From NCBI GenBank assembly GCA_051047955.1, contig JBPGPT010000035.1, forward strand, positions 62,001 through 126,000: DNA of 64,000 nt. The letters run 5' to 3'. The notes under the pieces were generated by a model. It was given only the letters and a program-made list of their open reading frames with translations, was not told the DNA's origin and made no database searches. The position numbers and the translations under genes are program-made. Source of the stretch: Cystobasidiomycetes sp. EMM_F5. Taxonomy: Eukaryota. This document shows positions 48,386 to 60,923 of the stretch, piece by piece (the first letter of the stretch is position 1; each line of letters opens with the position of its first letter).

Positions 48386-51300
48386 TTATAAGCCTAGCAA
48401 GCGCATGATAACATAACCGACAGTAATTATGACTGAGGTTGCGATGAAAGAGGCGGGTATCTGGAGAAAGACACATTCAGCCCTAGCCTAAGAAGGCGAG
48501 ATGCCTACATACTCCTGCCTTCAGGAAGTCGTTTACACTGAGATATCGATTGCCCACTTCGTCTTCTAGATTGACTGCCATGAGATTTGGAAAGCCTGAA
48601 ACTGGCAAACCCATTCCTGCAGAACAGATGAGTGCCGTTGCCTGGTGCGCATCCAGATGTCAGCGGCAGCAGGACGGATTTGACAGATTGTCAGCGACTC
48701 ACCATGATGAGCAGGGTGGAGTGCGGCGGGCTGAGTGCGGCACCGATCTGTGCTGCGATAGGCGCTATAAGGACGCTCGCGATGCTGTGCGAGACAAAAG
48801 TCGCCACAACGAGTGCTAAGACACTGAATATAGCCAGGATCGGCCAGACATCTAGGCCTTTTACCGCTTCTTCTATCAGAGCATCGCTATCAAGGCAATA
48901 TAAAGTCAGCCAATTTCTATCAATGACAACCATCACACTTACAGATCTGCCAACAAGCCAGATGATAGTACACCTTTGCCAAGGGCTATACCTCCCATTG
49001 CCAAAAAGACAATGCTCCATGGCTGCCAAACCGCGTTATCAGCAAGTATCGCGCACGAACGCCTTTGCATAAACTTACGAAGTTATCGAAGTCTGCTTTG
49101 CGGAGGATACCAGTTCCGAAGAAGGCGACAAGCGGGATGAGTGCGATGATGCCCATATCACCGACAACGGATTCCAATTGATGCTCGATACAGAGCAAGC
49201 CGACGGTCAATATTGTGACAGCACAAACAAACCATTGGGTCGATGTAAATTTCTCCCTGGCAGGCTTGACGGGATTGATATATGTGTCTTTACTCCATCC
49301 GTACAGCCAGGAGAGAAGCGCCCAGATAGCGACGATGCTGATAGACGCCACAGGTAGGGCTATAGCAAACCACTGTGCCCAAGAAAGAGGTTCAGACATG
49401 TATGAGATGGCGATGAGATTTTGAGGCGATGCGATCGGAGAAGCCATACCGCCCAAGTTGGAGGCCAACGCAATGCCGAGGACCAGAGCCTTGCTGTATG
49501 TTGATCGCGGGGGAAGTGTGCGGAGAATGGGCTGAATGAGCGAGAAACAGAGCACGGGAGCGGCGACATTGGATATCCACATGGAAGCAAAGCAAGCTAC
49601 GCCCATGTATGCCAGAAGGACAGCACCCGGTTTTGTGCCAGCCAGCGAAAGCACGCGAGAAGCGAGAATCTTGTCGATGTTTTGCTTTGATAATGCACCA
49701 GCCAGCGTGAATCCCCCAACGAGCAGAACAATTGTGCCGGTAAACATCTGGCTGAATATGTATTTGCTGGCTTCAGTCGCTGTGAGTCTTCGATCCTGTC
49801 CGTCCATGGACCGCAATACTCGCAAGACCACAACAAGGAAGGGGACGAGCAAAGACGTCGCAAACAGCGGTATGACCTGCGAGATATACATAAGACAGAT
49901 GGTTCTTGTAAGTCTACCGGGTACCTACCTCCATTGCCCAGAATATGCTTGCTAGCACAAGGATCGCCAGACAATTGCGTTCTTCCACTCTATCGAATGT
50001 CCCGCTCGTCAGTATGGAGATGAAGGCTACCACGGCGACTGTACCGCCAAGCGTTTCTTTCGTTGCCCAGCTGGGTATCCTGAATCTACCCAGCGGCGTA
50101 GACACAGCCGCTGAATCATGACTCTCATGCTCAATCTCCTTCTGCGAAACAATCGGCTTGTCCATACTCGCGTGTCCTCGTTTGGGACCATGGGAATTGA
50201 CAGAGCTTCCTCGCCCTGCTCCGGACCAGCCTTTTCTCTCCAAGCCAATCATGTCTCGCCAGATTGTATTTCGCTCCCACACCACATGTTCACGCAATTG
50301 CGTCTGTAACTGCCGTAACGCGTCGGCGGTATCACCCCGCGTTGCGACTTTGGCGTATAGTGGAATGACAGACTGCAAACCTTCGTCCAGTTTCGATTGC
50401 GTATCTGGATGGAATGGGTGAGATTGCGCAATAATGGTCGACATGTACCATTTCTGCAATTTAGAGTCTGTTACCTTGTCAAACTTTTTCAGAATCTTGC
50501 GGAAGCCGGCTAGTGATTCACAATCGTCGGCAATTAATACAAAGACCCGTTGCAAGCGGGATAGATCACTCACTCTGATTCAGATTGACATATTCCTTCA
50601 GTTGTGACAGCTCACGGAAAAGCTGTTGTAGGCGCAGCTTGAAGGTGATGCGCATGTCTATCGCTCGTCGACTGTTACTGGCCCAGATGTCTGTCACTGC
50701 ATCACCTGAATTTGCACCGAATGACGAAGCCCGACGCCTCGAAGCTGATTTTGCAGAGAGTCCAGGTGTCAATGGCGGTTTTGGGCTGATTGTATTCTGA
50801 TTGTGATTGAGCGCTGGTGCAGCAGCAGCCGCTGTACGATCCAGTTGACGATCAATCTCGGCTGCTGTTTCTGGCGGGAGCTGAGCGGCTGCATCCCCTG
50901 AATTCGAAACACCGCTTCCTCTGCTATCTGTATTTACCAGACCAGAAAACTCGGCTACGCCGCTTGTTGATTCGCCGGACGAAGCTTCGCTTCCCATGGA
51001 CCTCTTTCGACCATGTTGTTGTGCACTTGATGCCCGAGAAGCACTATTCGAGCGCCTGCGCGTGCTGGACGAGCTGGTCCCGAAAGCGCTCTTGATTGCC
51101 TTTGTAGACTTCTTGAGCAATGTTCCTGGAGTCACGTCTTCGTCTCCACTATCTCCAGATTCGCCATCTGCATCGCTGTCGTCGGCGATGTCTCCAAAGG
51201 CACCTTCCTCCTCTACCTGTCGCGCCTCGTCGTTGACTGCATCTAGCTCATCTAGCAGTTCACCTTCCTTCTGTTGGTAGAATTTGACAATCTTGTCGAG

Positions 51301-51759
51301 CTCTGCGTCACACAACGCTTTAAACTTGATGCTCAGCCTGTCTGCCGTAAGCGAGCCGGACGTGGGCGGAAGAACGGCAGACGAGGTCGACGCGCCCCGA
51401 TTGGATCCTGTAAGACCTGCTGCGCTGGCAGCTTCACCGTCATGCTCGATATCACCGTCCTCTCCTCCAAGCAGTGCGCCCGTCTCATCGTCATTGTTGG
51501 CCGCTTCTGCCGTCAATCTAGCTTGCAATGCCTCCTTTTCGAAGCGATACACTGCGCTCTTGAGGGACGAATAGTTGATGTATTCGTTTGTCCATTCTGT
51601 GGATAATGCGACTGTCAATTGCAAAACAGACGTCTACTTGTACGAGGCTCACCCGACTGAGCGTTGAACAGTAGCTGCAGATGTACGCAAGTCGCTTCAG
51701 TCGCAGCCTTGTCAGTATCATGAGCAGTCATCCAAACCCACCTGCTGCTCGTACTTCAT
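48386..51759 (-). CDS. PHO91: SPX-domain low-affinity phosphate transporter (Pho87/90/91 family)
   Basis: MKYEQQ|LLFNAQS|EWTNEYINYSSLK (SPX), LKEYVNLN|GFRKILKKFDK, LREHVVWERNTIWRDM, SMWISNVAAPVL, LASNLGGMASPIASPQN, GMGLPVSGFPN. Confidence 0.93.
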
Positions 51760-53429
51760 TATGTACCCCCCACCCGGCTTCCGCTGCCGTTTCCTGCTAT
51801 CAACGCCGTATCGAGTCTGGACGAGCTGTATGAGCTCTGCTGGCGGGTCTGGATTAGTCCTCTGGCTGCTCCGTCGTGCTCGATACAGCATGTAATGATC
51901 CTATTTCATGGGAACCGAATGGGCAGCAGAGTGGTCCATCATTTGGTGCAAGAGTCGGAATGGCAAAGGGATCCCAAGTACGACGGCTTCGGCTAACAAA
52001 CGTGCAGATTGGCAAAACACAGCGGACACGCAGAGGATTCGCATCGAGTGCATAGTAGTCAACGTAACATTTATTTGCGAGACACGCTCCGTCACTCAGA
52101 TTTTGGATGCTGCTTTATGAAACATCGGCGAAAAATGCGGAGAAATACAATTACCAAGCCTTTTGTACAGAGATACGGTAAGTTACCTTTGCATAGGTTA
52201 ATCACGTCTACGCGTATTTGCGAGGCGTTCCATAATGGTGAAATGGAAGCGAAAATGCGGTATGAGTAATAGTAATGCTTGTAAAACCCAGAAGCCAAGG
52301 GCAGTCACCGCATGGCTTGAGATGCTGCATCGGCTTGCACATTGTAATATGCCTATGCTTCGCCCTCTTTGACGCCGTCAATGGATCGCAGGACACCTAC
52401 AAACGCCAGCTAGAGCAGTAACGGCCCGTAAGTCTCTCTTTTGTAAATCGTGCTTACCGCCTGTGACTAACTGGAGCCAATATGAATAACGCGTGCACTC
52501 CCACAGATGAAGACCTTCACACGGAAGCATGCGGAGCGCAGACGTTGTCGTATGGCGGACGTGAAATGTGATCGTCGCGCTTGAAGCTTTTGATTTATCC
52601 ACACGGTAAGCGGGACCTGCTAAGAGAATCGATTGCGGGAGCTGTAAGTCTGTGTTGGGCGCAGAGCCTGCAGGTGAACGGTCTGTTGTATCTCTGGCTC
52701 TAAATTAGGATGCAGGTGTCTCCTGAGGCATTTCTCTGGCCTGGCTGTAAATGTGCGATGTGAGCGTCTTGTGCGCGTGCTGGATGTTGAAGGTACGCGA
52801 ACTAATGAAAAACGGCTTGTTGCCTGTGTGCTTAGTAGGAGTACTTGTTTGCATAGTTCATGTATCGAAGCGAGCGGAGACGAAGGGTCTGCTTTTCATG
52901 GCCTTTGGAAATCGAGGCAGCGTGCGCATCCGCTGAAAGCCATTAGATACGTCAACAGAGCTGGTGTTTTCAGCCTCTAAGCAACAGCCCTCCTCTGCGG
53001 GGCATGTCGTCAGTTCTCAGGTGATATACAGGTCCTGCGATGTCAGCAAGAGCATTATCGTTTCCAGGGTTACAGTCAGCCTAAGACGCTAGTTTGAGTA
53101 TAGATTATGCGTTGCTGTGCTTCCGACCTGTAGAATGACAATCTTTGCACCTTTGAAAACAAAAACAGGCCTTTTCTTTCCTTTCTCAATTCGTGCGATT
53201 TTTCCCTTGAGTAATGGAAGACCGCCAAATGATCTGATCAAAGGAACCCACATGGAAGTCAGGGTGAGTACTCGCAGGTTTACACTGTGACAGTGTACGC
53301 TGTTTTCCTGCCGGTATTGACTGTTGTTTTGTGCAAATTGCTGTCGGATACGGGCATTCCAAACACTCACAACATGGTCGTCAATCTCGAATGACTGCTA
53401 CTCTGGATGCGACCATGACTGCTTACTGA

Positions 53430-55251
53430 TGACTGACACCCCGCCCAGTCCCCTTACTATGGCAGCACTCCCCTCGGACTGGCCTCACCGCCAGCAGCAT
53501 TCTACGAGCACGGCCTGCTCCAGGGGGAGGTGGAGGTAGTCAGACTGGCGGGACAGTTTCAGGCTTCGGATGTGGGGCTCTGCTTTCGATTCAGTAGAGT
53601 ATTTTCGCTCATTCTTACTCTTGCTCGCAGCCCCGAGTCAACTCGCCAACGCTCAGCGATACCGAATCTCGACTGGCAAATGCCCTGCCAGGCTACTTTG
53701 CCCAACATCAGCATCAACTCCGACACCCTTCCCCGCCAGAAGCAGAGCCACGACTGTCGCACGCTCGTCTGGCAGTGGCAGATGCGCCAGACGTCAAACC
53801 CTACGGATGCAATTCCCCAAGCTGCGTGCCCTCGCCTGCCCTTCTCGAACGAGCACAGGCAGCCTTCCAGCGAGACTTGGCAGACTGGAAAGCACAGTAC
53901 GATGCACTTCAAGCTGATCCCGCTACAGCAGGGCAGAGACCTCGTGCACGCCATCCTTCCCTCGCATCGATAGGAGTGTGCTTTAATGCCTCGAGAGATT
54001 TGCTAGATCACCTCAGGGATGTACATGATATGAGGCAGAAGGGAGAGGTGCATGTCAGTGAACTGACGGCAGCGGGGCCAGATGGCGAACTGCGATACCA
54101 TCCTCAGCAGATCGACGCGGCAGTCAGGGGCGAGGATGGCAAGATGTTTAGGTGTGCTCTGATTGGGTGTCAGAGGACCTGGAAGGTCAGCACTCTCCAC
54201 ACATACTCTGTATTCACCTGCTCAGTATCCGTTTCGCCTACAGAATGCAAACGGCATACAGTACCACTGTCTGAAATCACTTACCGCTCTTGAACACAAT
54301 ATCGACACTGTCAACAGGAGACGAGGTCCAGGAGGAACCGTCTCACAGAAGCGTAAAGCAGAAGGATCGCCCGACACTCATACTCGACCATACAAGAGTA
54401 AAGCTCGCTCTACCTCTGCGGCAGCGAGGCAATCCTCGCCTAAATCATCAAGGAATTTCATCCCAGTGCCTCAGGGTGTGTATTTTTTCATCTCAGCGTC
54501 TTGTAAGTCTTCAGTACTGACGAAATCATCATTCAAACCTGCAGAGGGCGACTCTTTGCAAGTCCCGTCCCCGTCCTCCGCTCTCTTCCCACTCACACCC
54601 GCACAATCCTCTGCCGACATACCCGGCAACACAGTGACAGCACCTCCTCTAGGAGTCCCAAAACATTCCAATCTCTTCATTCCCAAAGCGAATGCTGGAC
54701 GGACGTCCTCTCGACCATCCCCCTCAAACATACCCGCCGTCCGACTTCCTCCTCTCCCTCCGCGTCCCTCCTCTTCATATCTCCCTCCTCAATCGTCCAG
54801 CTCCCACATACCCGCTCTGACGGGCGTTCGACCGTCCACTATTCCACAAAGCGGAATGACGACACACGGCTATGTGTTTGCGCAGGGTGAAGCCTTCAGA
54901 CCACACAACCGACCGGTGGACGCTCTGTATTTCCTAAACGCATTATGCGCAGTAGGAGGTAATAAGACTTTGCAGCAACGGCTATCGGATCGCAGAATTG
55001 TCAATGCGCTCTTGGATGCGGAATTCATTAAAACATTACAAGGGCTCGCGAATGATGGAGGGGTTTACAGTCTGGACCTCGTGGATGACCAGGGATTCAT
55101 CAAGGCACCAAGAGATGAAATCAGACCGATACTGGAGGACAAAGAGGCGAGGTTCAGTAAAGATGACGTCGATTCGGCGATTTTGAAATTGGCAAGTACG
55201 CTGCAGCAGGTTGGGTTGGGTGACCCGCTGGACGGTATGGACGTTATTTGA
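53430..55251 (+). CDS. C2H2 zinc-finger protein with an Sfp1-like finger (5' end uncertain)
   Basis: KPYGCNSPSC...CFNASRDLLDHLRDVH; FRCALIGCQRTWK|NANGIQYH...EH; basic NLS-like segment and a Pro/Ser-rich region. Confidence 0.7.
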
Positions 55252-55653
55252 GTGAGCGAGTGCGAAGGACAGGATGAGTAAAGAAAACATGTAGCTTGCG
55301 AGTACGTCTTGGACATGTCTAGTAGTGAGTGTAGCGGATTTCGAGATATCGGTAGTTTCTTGTCTAGCTGTTGAGACGTTGCTTGTATTACCACACGGTT
55401 CAGCTTGTAGCGGCTTTCACACAGACAACAAGGAACCATGCATCCCGAACTGATTTGAGTGTTTGTGATTGCCCTTGTCGCTTCGTTCGGTCAGCTTCGC
55501 CTTGGATGTTCTCCACCTATCGACACAAAATGCAATGGCTGCTTGGCTAAACATGTGAATGATTACTACGCTGATTATACCATTACCACACCACTGACTA
55601 CCACACTTCGTGCTAATGGATCTCTGTCATATCTCCACCTTTAACCTCTACAA

Positions 55654-56802
55654 ATGGGGCATGCAACAGCGTACAATCCGAGACGCAGCGGTTCTCACAA
55701 GCAGAAGAAGCGCTCACGAAAGGGCGTCCCAACATCCTTGATGTGCATTGTGATCGTCCATTGAAGAATCCGTGAGGCTCCAAAATTCGTTATTTGCTGT
55801 CGGACAGGCTGGCTCACCGAGCTGCCCTTTTCAGATGGAAGTTTCCACCTTCGTTTACAAACTTCTTCTCCCCCGCTGCTTCAGAACGCAACTTCTTTAT
55901 CATTCATGAACATGATGCAACTGCTTATGTAGGCTCGTTGTTGTAGCGATGATGCCCGCTAAGACTGTGTTGCGATAGCACTGGGACCTTCGGCTGCAAT
56001 GTAGCTACGTGTATGATCAAGATGGAACACTATCATGGGTGAGTGGCCTCACGACGCCGCATTTCATGCTGTTCACACTGATTGAATGCTGGACAGGCTG
56101 TACCGCGTGGATTCTCAAATTGGAAGCCGAACGAGAAGCGTCTAGCTGTACAGACTCCACTGCATGGCATAAGCTATTCTACATTCGAGGGCGTGTCGCC
56201 GCCTTTCGGAAGTACGCTCATCTCAGATTTTGGGACATATTCCATCAAGACGTCCGTCAGTGCTCGAGCGAAGGGAAAGGACCGAGAGCGAGCGACTCCC
56301 GAGCGTGACCATGAGGATGATGATGACGAAAACGGACGAGGCGAAGAGAGGGCGTTGGCAGATGGCTTCGCGAGGCACGCTTTTGTTATTGAGCTGAAAG
56401 GCATGCGATATACGATGCGACTTTCCTTGACCTTTCGCCAGGGTGCTCATGACTCAAAAGGGTGAGCTACCTCGTGCTGCCCGATGTGTTTGACGACTGT
56501 ACTCATTCCCGGCTGATGCCTCGCTCGTCGACAGCGTACAGAAGCGGTCTTGGATCGCTCAATTAGCTCCAGCGCATGATGGTAGCTATCTCTACGAAGA
56601 TACGAGGCTGGATCTCGAGAACGCATCCATCCTTTCCGGTCGTATCATGAAAGGCGGGCTGCAACTGTTGCCTTGTCCAGCCATTTGCTTAGTCTTCTGA
56701 TATTTATTTCCGCGTACAGAAGTATGGACCGCTGGTGGAAGTTTGTACAGCTGCAGGGACCCGCCCATCTTCGAAGATCTTGAGGGCATCACCTTGGAAT
56801 GA
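55654..56802 (+). CDS. Stand-alone LigD-type DNA 3'-phosphoesterase (LigD_N/PE domain), about 6 exons
   Basis: Splicing of introns 55743-55807, 55929-55978, 56039-56096, ~56462-56533 and 56654-56719 gives RNFFIIHEHDATAY|HWDLRLQ...GTLSW|AVPRG...EKRLAVQTPLHGISYSTFEG...GSTLISDFGTY...FVIELKG...SWIAQL...SILSGRIMK|E. This matches the LigD PE pattern FVVQxHxAxxLHYDFRL...SWAVPKG...KRLAVxxEDHPxxYxxFEG...WDxGTY...SVLSGR. Confidence 0.88.
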
Positions 56803-56818
56803 GTGCGCCAACCCATTC

Positions 56819-57984
56819 CTATGAACGTTTGAATGAACACTCGTAAAGAATGAAGGCGAGATATGCCGCCAGTAGGATGATGCCAGATATGCTGGTCAGA
56901 GTCCGTTGTGTGGAACGCGACCACACGACAGCACCCAATGCCAAAGTCGAAGCAAGTAATACTGCAATTTCTACCAGACTGGCGCTACTTGCGGATTCGC
57001 CATACACGTATGTGACGCCCAAGCAGAGAGTGAGGAGGAAGATGTTGCTGCCGACGGTGTTGGCAGCCATGACGCCCAGATGGGCTTTACGACCGCTAGA
57101 CACGGCGACAAACTTTTCAGGAAGCGTCGTCGCAATGCTCAAGAAGACGATTCCAAATACGACGTCAGACATTCCGAGTGCGTCGATGATGGATGTGGAC
57201 GCTTGAGTGAGCACAAAGCTGCTGAGCAGAATGGCTGCGAAACCAGTAATCAAGAGCGATATGTGATACAGTGTGGAATGCCTGCTACTGTATGTTTTAA
57301 CGGTTGGTGCTGATACGCTGCCATATGCGCCCGGCATCGCTCTGCGAGAGATTGGCGTGTTTTCGTCGTCGGTGCTGTTGGAAGCGTCACTTCCACTGTC
57401 GGAATCGCTATCGCTGTCTGACAACTCAGGTGCAGCCAAGCGACCTCTCACGATTGCGTACGCAATGGATGCGATGTAGACTGCAAAGGTCGCAATGAGA
57501 AGATACCCGATGATGACTTGCGCTCCAGCCGTAGTCTTGAGGTATAAAAGCGGAGAGATTGCAAGGGTGAGAACCGTCAGGACTGCGGCATAGATGCGAG
57601 AGCTTTGATCAAAGAGAATGCCATCGGGCAACGTTGAAGGGCGGTAAAAGAGAAGTCCAAGCGAGAATGCGCCTAGGATGTTTGATATGCATGATCCTAA
57701 TATGTTGCCGAGTGCTAAAGCTGGTCTACCTCGAGACACCGCAAAGATGACTACCGCGAGCTGAACACGCAGGTCAGGATTCAGTACTCAGCGCTGAGCA
57801 TACAGTCCAGACGGACCTCTTCCCACTCTGCGCCGGCTGTGAGAAGCGCAATGATGCCCTGCGGGATCCCAGTCTTTTGCGCGACAATGACCGTATGGTC
57901 GACGAAGATATCAGCGCCCTTCTCGAGCACTACCAGAGCACATATGAAGGCAGAAACATTGAAGAAAACATTGTCCGGAAGCAT
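56819..57984 (-). CDS. Ca2+/cation antiporter (CaCA, YrbG-like)
   Basis: Two alpha-repeats (TAGAEWEE...GNILGSCISNILG and SIATTLPEK...ANTVGSNIF), about 10 TM segments, and an acidic Ser/Asp loop. Confidence 0.88.
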
Positions 57985-58183
57985 CAGGCAGCGTTCGAAA
58001 AGAAGCCAAGCTGAAAGATAATCTTCACTTCGACGTGACGATATTGCAGTTTATACACCACTCTGCATAACTTTGCACCTATGTACTCCATACACAAGTA
58101 TACACACCCTAAAGACAGATTCGTCCAAAACATCGACCGGAGCAGACCTCCCTCAGTCCCAAATAGTATCTCTCTCCATTTAC

Positions 58184-60467
58184 CTACAGCTTCGCTTGAG
58201 GCCGCTTCTTGGGAACGTAAAGCTGTACAAAGTGACCCGTAGCACTCTTGAAGTCCTTCCTAAGCAGTTTACCAGCACTGTCATCGAGGGAATCGAGGCG
58301 CAGGAAGACAATCAGGACTTGAGTCTTCGTATAGTTGAATGACAACCTACTTGGACTTGGGCAGAGCAGGCAGGATCACAAGACCACCCCGCAGCCATTT
58401 GTAATCGATGAGTTTCTCCTCGACGAATCGCCGAACCGAATGCGCCCATTCTACTGATTCAATGGTCGCTTTTCCGGCCTTTTCGCAAGCTTCCAGCAGT
58501 TGTGTATTGCGAGGCACAACATAAGCGATAGGATACTCTGTTGCATCGTCGTCCGAGTAGACCGAAGTGACGCCGGTATCGGCAACACTGTCCAGACTGT
58601 TAATGAGAGCCTCGAGCTCGCTTGGCGCGCATTGGAATCCTGTCAACGTTCTAATGTCAGTCACCTTTACACCTGTACTAGGTTAGCGTAGAAACTGACC
58701 CTTCACTTTGATCATTTCCTTCAAGCGGTCGGTGATGTGGAGATTGCCGTCGGTGTCGATGAGCCCAACATCACCCGTTCTATTCCATCCGTCTTCCGTC
58801 ATAGATTCGGCAGTAGCTGCCGGATTGTCGAGGTAGCAATTCATCAAGCTTCCGCTTCGAATGCAAATCTCGCCCTCCTGGCCAATAGCAAGCGCTATCG
58901 CGAAGTATCAGCGTATTGATCTGCCCTCCCGAAGTCGGAGAATTCTTACTCTTCTTCTCATGATCAACAGACATGATCTTGACTTCTGTTCCATACATTG
59001 GTTGTCCAGACGCCGTCTTGGCAGCACCGAGCTTATCCCATGTCAAGTGGTATGTCTGTGTAGATCCCGCATGTTCCGAAGTGCCGTAGCCCATACGAAT
59101 GAGGAATCCAAGTCTCTTCCACACCATCTCGATGACGGCCCATCCTAACGGCGCGCCGCCAGACGTTGCAGCGCGCACAGTCGAAAAGTCGTACTCGGCG
59201 ACAAAGGGCGCTTTCGCGAGAATGACACCGACCGGCGCAGCGATGTGAAGATGAGTGGCACCGTACCGTTGCATCAGTTCCATGTATACACGTGGGTCGA
59301 ACTGACCGAGAACAGGAGACGAGTCATTTGGGCATGCGCATTGTACGACAAATCTATAGTACCTACCTTTGATATGATGACTGTAGTATATCCAGCAGCA
59401 ATACCAAGATTCATGACATTTGACAAGCCGAAAACGTGGAAGAATGGTGGTAAGCCCATAAAGACCTCGTCATTCTTGTACTGCGTGTTGCTAAACCACG
59501 CGGCTTGTAGATTGTAGGTGAGATAGGCGTGACTGATGACCACGCCTTTACTCTTTCCAGTCGTTCCGCTACTCCACAAGATAAGTGCCGTCCGTCTTTT
59601 CGCCTCTTCACAGTCGTTCTTTGCATCGTACTTGGGCATGATAAACTCCTTTTCGCTTCCGGGCGCGTCGAGAAGGGCCTTCCAATCGCTATATTTTCCG
59701 GTAGATACCCTTGGCTTGTCGATGGGTGCCAAGCCATAATCCTCATTGGCAAGCTCCACGGTAAAGATACGATTCCTGAGCGTATCTCTTGCGACTTGCG
59801 GCACTTCTTTCAATGCTTGCTGAACGGCTTCTAGACCATCTGCTCCGGCTAATGTGACGATAACTGATGGCTTGGAAGCTTCAATGATGTGAGCGAGTTC
59901 GGTCGCGCGGTATGCAAAATTGACGGTTGTTCTAGAAGGAAGCGAGACACGACGTCAGGCGATGCTGCGACCGGTTATGATACTTGGGTGACCTACGCAG
60001 TCAGACCAGCAGCCCATGCACCAATCTCACACACCACAAAGGGTATGCAGTTTGGCAAGTGAAGGAGTACGACGGGCGACAGGATGGGATCGGAGATGGG
60101 ACCAGGTCTGAAAGGTGCAGGCTTCAAACCAAGCTTGTTTCGCAATCCAGAAGCGAATCGCAATGAGTCTTTACGAAGTCTTGCGAATGATATTGACGCG
60201 CCTGTGAGACGACGACGACAAAATGACGGCATGAATCATTAGCTACTGCGACACTGTACAGGTACGACAGAGCTACTTGCCTGAAGTCCCATCAATGAAA
60301 GCGGCTTTTTGGGGCAGCGTTGGCCGACTGAGAGCGTGGCCTCTTGCATTCGCTGGACCAGCTTCCGCTACGGGATGACCGCGTACGAACGGGTCACTCA
60401 GGAGCATCTCGGATATCGTCTGGCTGTAGACAAACGACGGAGCGTAGGCGCCGACGTGGGCAGTCAT
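58184..60467 (-). CDS. 4-coumarate-CoA-ligase-like acyl-CoA synthetase with PTS1
   Basis: WSSGTTGKSKGV (AMP binding), PFFHVFG, SGGAPLG, GYGTSE, TGDVG, DRLKEMIKVKGFQCAPSELE, GKLLRK. Ends QAKL*. Confidence 0.92.
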
Positions 60468-60923
60468 GGTTGCAGGATGCCGGGTATCCGTTATCAGATT
60501 CAGATTGCGAAGGAACTTCAGGTCGCAGCTTTATAGACCTTTGCAGCTCGTATCGAAGTCTTCAATGGTCCAAGCCAGAACGAGTACAGCTGGTTCAAGC
60601 TTTAAATCCAAAGCACCGGCAGGGCAATACTCCCATATTCTCCGGATGGGTAGCCCCACTTCGGACATTCTGTTTCACCGGGGCACAGCGAAACAAGCCG
60701 AAAGAGCTGAGGGCATGTAAATGATTGCTTTGCGAGTTAGGAGCATACAACTCGCGTCTAGCCATGACTATGCCGTCAAGCATTGGATGCAGCATCGAAA
60801 TACCGAAATCTACACTTCTAATCCTCCTGGCTTCCCCGTTCTTTCCCCGGAATCCAAAATCCGAAGGCATGACCCTCGACGCACTGAAGGCATCCGGCTC
60901 TCATACGGTGATACGTGAACGAC

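Noticed and set aside
51760..51891. In-frame upstream ATG extending the SPX transporter by 44 aa
   Set aside because: SPX domains normally begin at the MK(F/Y) methionine; nothing here shows the upstream ATG is in the transcript.
55700..55850. Methyltransferase-like fragments (PNILDV, LPFSDGSF)
   Set aside because: They lie in alternative frames; the phase-consistent splice gives the phosphoesterase N-terminus instead.
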